Shown here piece by piece: positions 50,351 to 59,020 of a stretch of 64,000 nt of DNA. The stretch's first letter is position 1; each line of letters opens with the position of its first letter. Where the stretch lies: NCBI GenBank assembly GCA_963677485.1, contig OY781964.1, positions 1,248,001-1,312,000 of the forward strand, written 5' to 3'. The position numbers and the translations under genes are program-made. Below the pieces are notes generated by a model, which saw nothing but the letters and a program-made list of their open reading frames with translations, searched no databases and was not told where the DNA came from. The stretch is from Armatimonadota bacterium (lineage in GTDB: Bacteria > Armatimonadota > HRBIN16).

Positions 50351-50577
50351 CACCCTCGGAGGCCTTGACAAATAACACAGTATCTACGGTCAATTGTAGG
50401 GGCGCGGTCTCCGCGCCCAATGTATTCCGCGCCCACGGGCGACGGCCGGTCGCCCCTGTGATCATCTGTCTCCCGATTGACGTACGACCTTCCTATTCGC
50501 GTTCATTCGCGTTCATTCGCGGTTAAACATACCCTACCGGAAAAGTGACGAGTAGGACAGGCGGCTGCCCTACCGCG

Positions 50578-52866
50578 TTATTTCGCCGGTTGGATCGTGA
50601 ACCGGTCGATTCGGATGGCTTTGATGTTCGGGTTCACTATCGGTGCCACAAACAAGTACATGCCCGGCGTGAGCTCGATCCCTTTATACACCATCTGCTG
50701 ATAGCCAGGCTTGATATCAGCCACAGTCAGCACACTGGTTGTCGTCTTTTCGGTGATTTTGTTACGTATGCCAAACTGCAGCACGCCATCGGTTGGCTGG
50801 CCGGCTTTACCTTCAGCGGGTATCACCTTCACCTCCAGGCTGACATCTACTTTGGGCCACTTCACCTCACCTTCGTAGATGTGGTGCTGCACGGCCCACT
50901 CGGTATGGCTGCACGGCATCTCCGCGGCGTAGCCGTTGCTGGCTTCTGGGTCCTTCACGATATTGACCCAGTTCCCCTCTTCAGCCAGGTTGAAGTCACC
51001 CTCTTGTGCATCCAGCCAGTCCACCCCTTGGACCCCGCTCACGCCCATCGCTGTGTCCGCTTTGGGATAGCTGGGAGGCGGTGCGATCTTGGCCTTGAGC
51101 TGAGTGCGAAAGCCCTCATCCCACTTACGGCCTTCACTGGGCCAGTTGTTTCCGGTTTGGTTGCTCAAGTCCGTGAAGTGATCCACTATGGTGTCCCAGT
51201 TGATCCCTGGCACCTCTTGATGTGCCTGTGCGAGGTTGCGTTTGGTGTTGATCAACACCAGATCCAGTGCCAGGCGTTGAATCTGCACGCGTTTCAGCAA
51301 CGTCGGGTTGTTCTTGACGGCCGCTTCGGCTTGATCGTATAGCCTCTTGAACTTCGTCAGCTCATCGATGTTGTAGTAGTCCGCATTACCGATGTAGCAC
51401 GAAAGCCGCACACCCGAACGTTTGCGGGCCGCTTCCATCGCCAGCACCGCTTCGAGCAGCGGCTTGCCAGCCGGACCGTAATACCCATCCATGAACTCCT
51501 TCATGATGGGCAGTTCGGGCTGGTAGGGGTTCCACATCAGCTTGGACAGCAGATAGACCTTCAATGGATGCATGGTGGAATCCACGTTGAAGCTGTCGCC
51601 TTGTTCAAACATGCCCACCACGTTGTTCTCAGTGAAGCTGCGCAGGTCGGACCCAAGGATGCTGAAGTTCGGGTGAGGAATGAGATAGCTTGAGAAGTCC
51701 ACGACGTAGTTCCATACATACAGCCGTTTCGCGATCTTTTTCCAGTCCGTAAGGTCCTTATAGAATGACTTATTCTCTGCGGCTGTGATAGGCTTGCCAA
51801 AGTCATTCTCGATGCTGCACAGACGCACAATCACGTTGTCGCGCGGTTTAATGTTGGTAGGCGCATGGCGAGTATACTGGTATGCCAGTGTCTCCACAAG
51901 GAAGTCGGGGTACTGCTTTTCAATTTCAACGGCCACGTCGTTGACGAAGCTGATCAGAGCACCAGATTCGGAGCCAGTCTTCTTGACCAGTTCTTTGCAC
52001 TTGTCACACTGACAAGGACTCATATCGTCATTCTGCGTGATAGAGATCATGCCGGCATCGGGCTGTTTGCGAATGGTGTCCAGCGCGACCTTCACCATCT
52101 CCCGCTTCATATCCTCATTGGTCAGGCACATCTGGGTGTAACCACCGTCACGCTTACCGTTGATCAGCGAATACCACTCAGGATGCTGCGCATAGTATTT
52201 AGCGGCAGGCAGCATTTTGTCGAAGGTATGCACAAATCCCAGCAGGTTGTAATGCCCGCCCATCTCGGGCTTGATCTGTTGATGGTGCCCATTCATGCGC
52301 ATATGCACAGGGAAAAGGTCATCCTTCTGTATCACGTTGTAGAAATAGGCCTCGCGATACATCAGCTTGGGTGTGTAACAAACATTCATGGCTGGCACAG
52401 TGATGGTCTTTAACTTGGGAATACGCTGCGCATCCGGGGCATACCAACGCACGCCCAGTTTCGTCTCCAGCAGCTCCTGCACCGCGTAGATGCTGCCCCT
52501 GGGACGATCACCAGATAGTATCAGGTCGCGGCCAGTGGTGCGGATCAGGATGCCATCACGGCGAAGCTGCTCCCAGTTGAAGCCCTTCATCAGCCGTTTG
52601 ACCACGGCGGTCTGACCCACAAATATCCGCGTGCCTGCGGAGGGTGCAATATCGGTGATTTTCAACCGGGCACCACTCATCTGCTGGATCGTGTCCGCGA
52701 GTTGTTTCGCAGCAAACCGCTCCGGCGCGGTGGCGTCCGTGCCCAGCACGATGGTGGCGGTCGGCTTTCCCGATTTCACGACAGTCAACGGCGAGGCTGC
52801 CTTGGCGGGCAGGCTGGCCAACACCAGCAACGGCAAAATGCACGGAATGAGATCACAGACATTCAT
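50578..52866 (-). CDS. Secreted DUF4838 domain protein (paralog 3)
   Basis: Signal peptide, RGSIYAV..LLE..LGVRWY, FVHTF, HPEWY, CQCDKC, TLAYQYT. Confidence 0.85.
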   Translation of the reverse strand: MNVCDLIPCILPLLVLASLPAKAASPLTVVKSGKPTATIVLGTDATAPERFAAKQLADTIQQMSGARLKITDIAPSAGTRIFVGQTAVVKRLMKGFNWEQLRRDGILIRTTGRDLILSGDRPRGSIYAVQELLETKLGVRWYAPDAQRIPKLKTITVPAMNVCYTPKLMYREAYFYNVIQKDDLFPVHMRMNGHHQQIKPEMGGHYNLLGFVHTFDKMLPAAKYYAQHPEWYSLINGKRDGGYTQMCLTNEDMKREMVKVALDTIRKQPDAGMISITQNDDMSPCQCDKCKELVKKTGSESGALISFVNDVAVEIEKQYPDFLVETLAYQYTRHAPTNIKPRDNVIVRLCSIENDFGKPITAAENKSFYKDLTDWKKIAKRLYVWNYVVDFSSYLIPHPNFSILGSDLRSFTENNVVGMFEQGDSFNVDSTMHPLKVYLLSKLMWNPYQPELPIMKEFMDGYYGPAGKPLLEAVLAMEAARKRSGVRLSCYIGNADYYNIDELTKFKRLYDQAEAAVKNNPTLLKRVQIQRLALDLVLINTKRNLAQAHQEVPGINWDTIVDHFTDLSNQTGNNWPSEGRKWDEGFRTQLKAKIAPPPSYPKADTAMGVSGVQGVDWLDAQEGDFNLAEEGNWVNIVKDPEASNGYAAEMPCSHTEWAVQHHIYEGEVKWPKVDVSLEVKVIPAEGKAGQPTDGVLQFGIRNKITEKTTTSVLTVADIKPGYQQMVYKGIELTPGMYLFVAPIVNPNIKAIRIDRFTIQPAK

Positions 52867-52965
52867 GGCGGAGTTCTCCTGACATATATCGGCGATAAAA
52901 TTATCGGACGGATGGGACGGATCCGACCTATATGCCCGATCCGTCCAAACATCCTATTTGTTGCG

Positions 52966-55260
52966 TTACTTCGAAGGCTGCGCTGCGAAGCGGTCAACGC
53001 GAACCGCTTTGATGCCGGGGTTGACCACAGGCGCGGCGTAGAGATACATCCCCACCTTCGGTGCGATGCCCTTCAACACCATACTCTGGTAACCCTGCTT
53101 GATGTCAGCCACCGTCACCGTCCTCTCCACCGCCTTCTTAGTGATGGTGTTGTACACGCCAAAACTCAACACCCCGTCCTGAGGGTTCAGTTTTGCGCCT
53201 TCCACCGGTATCACCCGGAACTCGATGCTGACGTCGGTCAAAGGCCAGCGGAGATCGGACTCTTTCCCGAAGTATTGGATAGCCCACTGGTTGTGTGTGT
53301 TCGGCATCTCCAACGCACAGCCATCACTGGCGGCTTCATCGGACACGACGCTCACCCACTTGCCCTCTTCCGCCAGATTGACCTCGTCATCCTGGATATC
53401 AATCCAGTCTTTACCCTCCACGCCGGTGACGCCCATCGCGGCGGTGGCTTTATGAACGGACGGCATCTTCTTCGTGCGTGACCTTAGCAGCGTTCGGTAA
53501 CTCTCATCCCACAGTCGGCCTTCATGAATCCAGTTGTTACCGGTGGTGTTGCTGAGGTCGACGAAGTGGTCGACCAGCTTCGGCCAATCGGTACCGGGCA
53601 CTATCTGTTGGTTTCGGGCAAATGATCGCATGGTCAACAGACAGAGATGGTCAAACGCCAGCCTCTGAACCTGCACACGCTCCAGCAGCTCCGCATCATT
53701 AGCCACGGCGGCTTCGGCTTGATCGAAACAGCTTTTCAGGGCTACCATGTCCTTCATGGTGTATATGGTGCTTGGTGCGGGCATAAAGCACGACAGCTTC
53801 GTCTTGGGCGATCGCTGCACCACCGCCTCGAACGTGGTGAGTGCTTTCAGCATCGGCTTGCCAGCCGCTCCGTAGTAACCGTTCATGAACTCTTTGATAA
53901 TCGGCTGCTCCGGCTGATTGGGGTTCCACATCAACTTAGCCAGCAGATAGGTCTTGAGCGGCTGCATAGAGGCGGCTGCGTTGAAGCTGTCGCCCTGTTC
54001 AAACATGCCGACGACGTTGTTCTCTGTGTAGGTTCGCAGGTCGGCTCCCAGGTTGGTGATGTTTGGGTGGGGTATCAAGTAGTTCGAGAAGTTGACCACA
54101 TAGTTCCAAACATATAGTCGTTTGGAAATCTTACGCCAGTCCGTCAGGTCCTTGTAGAAGTCCGCGTTTTGGGCAGCGGTAATGGGTCTGCCAAAGTCGT
54201 TCTCGATGCTGCACAAACGCACAATCACGTTGTCTCGCGGTTTGATATTAGTGGGAGCCTTGCGTGTGTACTGGTAAGCCAGCGTCTCCACCAGGAAGTC
54301 CGGATACTGCTTCTCAATCTCCGCCGCGACGTCATTGACAAAGCTGATGAAGGCACCCGATTCGCTGCCGGTCTGCTTGACCAGCCGCTTGCAGTTGTCG
54401 CACTGGCATGGGTTGAAGCTGTCGTTCTGAGAGATAGAGATCATGCCAGCATCGGGCTGCTTTTCGATCCACGCCAGCGCGTTCTTCACCAGCTCGCGCT
54501 TCATGTCGGGGTTGGTCAGGCACAACTGCGAATCCTTGTCCACACGCTTGCCGTTGTTGAGTGCATACCACTCCGGGTGTTCCGCGAAGTATTTATCCGG
54601 CGGCAGCAGCGGATAGGAGGTATGCACAAAGCCCAACAGCGTATAATGGCCGCCCATATCGGTGTTGATCTGTTGATGATGCCCGTTCATCCGCATATGC
54701 AGCGCGAACAGGCCATCTTTCCCCTGCACGCTGTGATAGTACGCCTCGCGATACATCAGCTTGGGGGTATAACAGACATCCATGTCAGGCAGCGATATTG
54801 TGCTCTTTTTAGGGATGCGTGTGGCATCGGCAGCAAACCAGCGCACACCCATCTTCGTCTCAAGCAGTTCCTGCACGGCGTAGATGCTGCCACGCGGACG
54901 GTCGCCCGCCAGCACAAGGTCACTACCCACCCTGCGGATGAGTATCCCATCGCGGCGTAGCTGCTCCCAGTTGAACCCGTTCAGCAACCGCTTGACAGAC
55001 GCTGTCTGACCAACATATATCATTGTTCCTGTCGCAGGTTCGGTATCAGTCACTGCCAGGCGTGCTCCACTGATCTGCTCGATCGTGTCCGCAAGCTGTT
55101 CGGCTGCAAATCGCTCTGGTGCGGTGGCGTCATCACCCAGCACGATGGTGGCCATGGGCATCCCATCCTTGACGAGGGTCATCGGTTGAGCAGCCCTGGC
55201 AGACACACTGGCTAACACCAGCAGTGGCAATAAAAGCGGAACCAGATCAAACGCATTCAT
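52966..55260 (-). CDS. Secreted DUF4838 domain protein (paralog 2)
   Basis: Same motifs as its neighbours. Confidence 0.85.
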   Translation of the reverse strand: MNAFDLVPLLLPLLVLASVSARAAQPMTLVKDGMPMATIVLGDDATAPERFAAEQLADTIEQISGARLAVTDTEPATGTMIYVGQTASVKRLLNGFNWEQLRRDGILIRRVGSDLVLAGDRPRGSIYAVQELLETKMGVRWFAADATRIPKKSTISLPDMDVCYTPKLMYREAYYHSVQGKDGLFALHMRMNGHHQQINTDMGGHYTLLGFVHTSYPLLPPDKYFAEHPEWYALNNGKRVDKDSQLCLTNPDMKRELVKNALAWIEKQPDAGMISISQNDSFNPCQCDNCKRLVKQTGSESGAFISFVNDVAAEIEKQYPDFLVETLAYQYTRKAPTNIKPRDNVIVRLCSIENDFGRPITAAQNADFYKDLTDWRKISKRLYVWNYVVNFSNYLIPHPNITNLGADLRTYTENNVVGMFEQGDSFNAAASMQPLKTYLLAKLMWNPNQPEQPIIKEFMNGYYGAAGKPMLKALTTFEAVVQRSPKTKLSCFMPAPSTIYTMKDMVALKSCFDQAEAAVANDAELLERVQVQRLAFDHLCLLTMRSFARNQQIVPGTDWPKLVDHFVDLSNTTGNNWIHEGRLWDESYRTLLRSRTKKMPSVHKATAAMGVTGVEGKDWIDIQDDEVNLAEEGKWVSVVSDEAASDGCALEMPNTHNQWAIQYFGKESDLRWPLTDVSIEFRVIPVEGAKLNPQDGVLSFGVYNTITKKAVERTVTVADIKQGYQSMVLKGIAPKVGMYLYAAPVVNPGIKAVRVDRFAAQPSK

Positions 55261-55337
55261 GCTAGATCACTCCTCATATTCAAGCACAGAAATCAGACGG
55301 ATCAACCTATTCGGGCTGACCCGTCTGACATGTCTGA

Positions 55338-57617
55338 TTACTTCGCCGGTTGCACGGTAAACCGGTCGATACGGATGGCTTTCACCGCGGAGTTGACCTC
55401 CGGTGCAGCCCAGATATACGCCTTGGAATTTATCTTTACGCCTGATATCACCAGGCGTTGGTACCCAGGCTTCACATCCGCCAGCCGAAGGATCACATTG
55501 TAATCACTGCTGTTGTTAGGGTCATACACACCCAGCCTGAGAACCGCGCTCTGAGGGTCACCCTGAACGCCATCCGCCAGGATCACGCGGTACTCCATCG
55601 ACACATCCGCCTTGGGCCACTTCACATCGCCCTGCTCAAATGCATGCTGCACGGCCCACTGGGTATGGGTGTTGGGCATCTGAGCCGCCGCGCCGTTACT
55701 CGCCAGCGGATCGCTCACCACCGAAACCCAGTCGCCCTCGTTGAAGAGCTCGAACTTATCTTCCTGGTAGTCAAACCAGTCCACGCCCTCTTTACCACTG
55801 ACGCCCATCGCTGTTTGTGCTTTACCAAAGTTGTACACAGGCGGAGGGGCGATGCTGCGCAGCAGCACATTGCGGTACTCGTCATTCCACAGACCGCCTT
55901 CGCGCACCCAGTTATTGGCGGTTTTATTGCTCAGGTCGATGAAGTGGTTGACGGTCTTCGTCCAGTCTATGCCCGCCACTTCCTGATGTTTGCGATTCAT
56001 AGAGCGTTTCGTGATGATCAACAGATGGTCGATAGCCAGCCGCTGTATCTGCACCCGTTTCAGCAGCACAGGGGTATTCTTCACGGCAGCTTCCGCCTGA
56101 TCGAAGCTGCTCTTCAGGCTGCGCAGATCATCGATGGTGTAGTAATCCGGCGAGGTCATGTAGCAGGTCAGACGGCCTTTACTGCGCTGCACTGCCGCTT
56201 CCATGGTCATCACAGCCTTCAGCATCGGCTTTCCGGCTGCACCGTAATAGCCGTCAAGGAACTCTTTGATGATGGGCATTTCGGCCTGGTTGGGGTTCCA
56301 CATCAGCTTGGTCAGCAGATAGGTCTTCAGCGGGGCCATGGCGGCGGTGGCGTTGTAGTTATCGCCTTGCTCGAAGATGCCCACCACGTTGTTCTCGGTA
56401 AAGGTGCGCAGGTCCGGTCCCAGCGGGGTGATGTTGGGATGCGGGATGGTGAAGCTAGCAAAGTTAACCACGTAGTTCCAGATGTAAAGCCTCTTGGCCA
56501 GCTTCTGCCAGTCCTTAAGGTCCTTGTAGAAGCTTGCATTCGATGCGGCGGTGATCGGGCGGCCGAAGTCGTTCTCGATGCTGCACAGCCGCACAATCAC
56601 GTTATCGCGTGGTTTGATGTTTTTCGGAGCGCTGCGAGTGTACTGATACGCCAGCGTCTCCACCAAAAAGTCGGGGTATTGCTTTTCAATGGCGGCTGCC
56701 ACATCGTTGATGGCGCTAATCAGTGCGCCAGACTGGCTGCCGGTCTGCTTCACCAACGCCTGGCACTGCGGGCATTCGCATGGCCCAAGCCAGTCATTCT
56801 GCGAAATAGAGATGATCCCCGCTTCGGGGTTCTTCTTAATCCAGCTTAGAGCTTTCTTGACCAGCTCCGCTTTCATTTCCTCATTACTCCAGCACAACTG
56901 AGACCCTTCCGCCCGTCTGGCTCCGCCTAAGAACCCGTACCACTCGGGGTGCTTACCGAAGTAGTCCTTCGGCGGCAGCAGCTCAAACGACGTGTGGCAC
57001 CAGCCCAGCAAAGAGTAATGGCCACCCATCTTCTCAGGGATGGATTGGTGATGGCCGTTCGCCCTGACATGCACCGCAAATGGCGCAACATGGGTCGCGA
57101 GCGTGAAGAACGGCTCGCGATACATTAGCTTAGGTGTGTAGCTTTTGTTGAGGGCCGGTAGTGTGATTGTGCTCTTTTTGATGATGCGTGTGGCATCGGG
57201 AGCCCAGTATCGCACACCAAGCTGGGTTTCCAGCAGTTCCTGCACCGCGTAGATGCTTCCACGAGGCCGGTCACCAGATAATACCAGGTCTTTGCCAACC
57301 GTGCGCAGCAAGATGCCATCACGCCGCAGCTTCTGCCAGTCGAAGTTTTTCACCAACTTTCGCGCATAGGCGGTCTGCCCTATGAAAATGCGGGTTCCTG
57401 AGCTGGGGGCCTTGTCAGTCACGGGCAGCTTGGCCCCGCTGATCTGCTGGATCGTCTTCGCCAGCTCCGCGGCGGCAAACCGCTCCGGTGCGGTGGCATC
57501 CTGACCCAGCACGATGGTGGCGGTGGGTTTACCAGATTGTACAATGCTCATTTGCGGTGCGGCTTGAGCCTGCATCCCGGCGATACATAACATGGGAACG
57601 AGAAGAGATATTCGCAT
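55338..57617 (-). CDS. Secreted DUF4838 domain protein (paralog 1)
   Basis: Same motifs. Start taken at MRISLL after an AGGAG RBS. Confidence 0.85.
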   Translation of the reverse strand: MRISLLVPMLCIAGMQAQAAPQMSIVQSGKPTATIVLGQDATAPERFAAAELAKTIQQISGAKLPVTDKAPSSGTRIFIGQTAYARKLVKNFDWQKLRRDGILLRTVGKDLVLSGDRPRGSIYAVQELLETQLGVRYWAPDATRIIKKSTITLPALNKSYTPKLMYREPFFTLATHVAPFAVHVRANGHHQSIPEKMGGHYSLLGWCHTSFELLPPKDYFGKHPEWYGFLGGARRAEGSQLCWSNEEMKAELVKKALSWIKKNPEAGIISISQNDWLGPCECPQCQALVKQTGSQSGALISAINDVAAAIEKQYPDFLVETLAYQYTRSAPKNIKPRDNVIVRLCSIENDFGRPITAASNASFYKDLKDWQKLAKRLYIWNYVVNFASFTIPHPNITPLGPDLRTFTENNVVGIFEQGDNYNATAAMAPLKTYLLTKLMWNPNQAEMPIIKEFLDGYYGAAGKPMLKAVMTMEAAVQRSKGRLTCYMTSPDYYTIDDLRSLKSSFDQAEAAVKNTPVLLKRVQIQRLAIDHLLIITKRSMNRKHQEVAGIDWTKTVNHFIDLSNKTANNWVREGGLWNDEYRNVLLRSIAPPPVYNFGKAQTAMGVSGKEGVDWFDYQEDKFELFNEGDWVSVVSDPLASNGAAAQMPNTHTQWAVQHAFEQGDVKWPKADVSMEYRVILADGVQGDPQSAVLRLGVYDPNNSSDYNVILRLADVKPGYQRLVISGVKINSKAYIWAAPEVNSAVKAIRIDRFTVQPAK

Positions 57618-57762
57618 TTGTGCTACTCCTATGTGCGCGAAGACTGGACATGTTAAGTTAATGATGCCATCCATCGGAAGATATTACAATGATGCTGCGT
57701 CAATAACTCCGCCATAGGCGATGATCATGCATTAGTCCATAGTCGGTAATGCTGCTGAGGCT

Positions 57763-57998
57763 TCCGGCACCCACGGAGTGGGTAAGATTCTTATAGCCAC
57801 GGGTAAGCGCCAGCGCAACCCGTGGAACGCAACCAAAAACCTTCTACCCCGAAGTGGGTCGTCTTCGGTGACTTGACAAAACGGCTACCACGAATAGGTG
57901 CGACCCACTTCGGGGTAGGAATGATGCGCCGATTCCAGGGGTATCGCTTCGCTCACCACTGGCTATAAGAACTGCTACCCACTTCGTGGGTGCCCGGA
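57763..57998. repeat. ~235-bp compound palindrome (REP/BIME-like)
   Basis: GGCACCCACGGAGTGGGTA/TACCCACTTCGTGGGTGCC, TTCTTATAGCCA/TGGCTATAAGAA, CTACCCCGAAGTGGGTCG/CGACCCACTTCGGGGTAG. Confidence 0.85.
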
Positions 57999-58274
57999 GG
58001 GATGCATGAAGGCGTTACGCATATGCTGAACAGAAATTGGCAGTATAATCTGATGGCTGAGTAGTTACGACATGGAAGTAAAGTCGGCCTGATGGGCGTT
58101 GGCCCGTGATCATCAAACTGCCACCCAATCGGCATCACCATAAACTGCTCACCCACAAAAGCCCCATCATCCCTCGTAAAAATACTTAAGGAGTTGTCAG
58201 TTAGGGCGGGGATGGTGTAAACTACTATTTGCGTATATCGTCTTAGTGCTACCACAGCAGGAGCGATTCACAAG

Positions 58275-58676
58275 ATGTTTCCGTTTTCAGGCTTAGGAAC
58301 CCCAGAAATCATCAGCATCATGTTATTGGCGTTGCTGGTGTTTGGCCCCAAGAAACTACCCGAAGTGGGGCGGTCGGTAGGTAAAGCGATTCGTGAGTTT
58401 CGTAAGAACTCACAGGAAATCGCTGAATCCTTCAAGGTGGATGTGGATTTAGATACTACGACCAATAGCCAAAACGAATATGTCTCACAATATGGCAGTT
58501 ATTACGGCACAGGTGCTGACAGTTCCGAATCGGGCGGCGGTGATTTCACACAACCATCCAGCCCGGAGCCAGAGCCCCAGACTGTGTCCGATCCAGCACC
58601 AGATCGAACGAATACCTATCGAGCAATCGCCCGCGGACGAACCTCTAAAGGCAGCTCATCTCGGAGGAGAGTATAA
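58275..58676 (+). CDS. tatA: Twin-arginine translocase TatA/TatB family subunit
   Basis: GTPEII...LLVFGPKKLPEVGRSVGKAIREFRK. Confidence 0.88.
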   Translation: MFPFSGLGTPEIISIMLLALLVFGPKKLPEVGRSVGKAIREFRKNSQEIAESFKVDVDLDTTTNSQNEYVSQYGSYYGTGADSSESGGGDFTQPSSPEPEPQTVSDPAPDRTNTYRAIARGRTSKGSSSRRRV

Positions 58677-58907
58677 ATGTTTCTTAATGCACTTATTGGG
58701 TTACAGGTCATCACCGCTGTCTTTCTTATAGTGGTCGTCGCACTGCAGACCTCTAAAAATGAAGGATTGGGCGGGGCGATCAGCGGCCAAACCAGCAGCT
58801 CATTCCGCGGCAAACTCGGCCGTGAAGAACAGTTGGGCATGGTCACTAAGTATGTGGCTGTAAGCTTTTTCGTACTCAGCATCATTGTGGCTGTGATTGC
58901 CAAGTAG
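58677..58907 (+). CDS. secG: Preprotein translocase subunit SecG
   Basis: VALQTSKNEGLGGAISG between two TM segments. Confidence 0.9.
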   Translation: MFLNALIGLQVITAVFLIVVVALQTSKNEGLGGAISGQTSSSFRGKLGREEQLGMVTKYVAVSFFVLSIIVAVIAK

Positions 58908-58939
58908 GTTTTCGACAGCGCATTGTATTCATTTTGTAA

Positions 58940-59020
58940 GTAGGGGCGTCCCTTGTGGGCTCCCAAAACAAGAACTACCGATTGAACAACGATTAAGGCG
59001 CCCACAAGGGACGCCCCTAC
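58940..59020. repeat. REPIN (inverted GTAG REP pair)
   Basis: GTAGGGGCGTCCCTTGTGGGCTCCC...GGCGCCCACAAGGGACGCCCCTAC. The spacer shares GAACAACGATTA with the 25619 copy. Confidence 0.9.

Larger units (their letters stand above)
48596..50385 (+). mobile_element. Complete IS110-family insertion sequence (IS621-like), inserted at a CT core in a REP palindrome
   Basis: CT at both junctions (48594-95 and 50384-85). Removing the element restores a perfect 23-bp inverted REP pair. No terminal IRs. Confidence 0.93.

Noticed and set aside
50010-50385. IS1111-type element with a downstream guide RNA and subterminal inverted repeats
   Set aside because: No subterminal IRs are seen and all four guide matches lie upstream of the transposase, as in the IS110/IS621 group.
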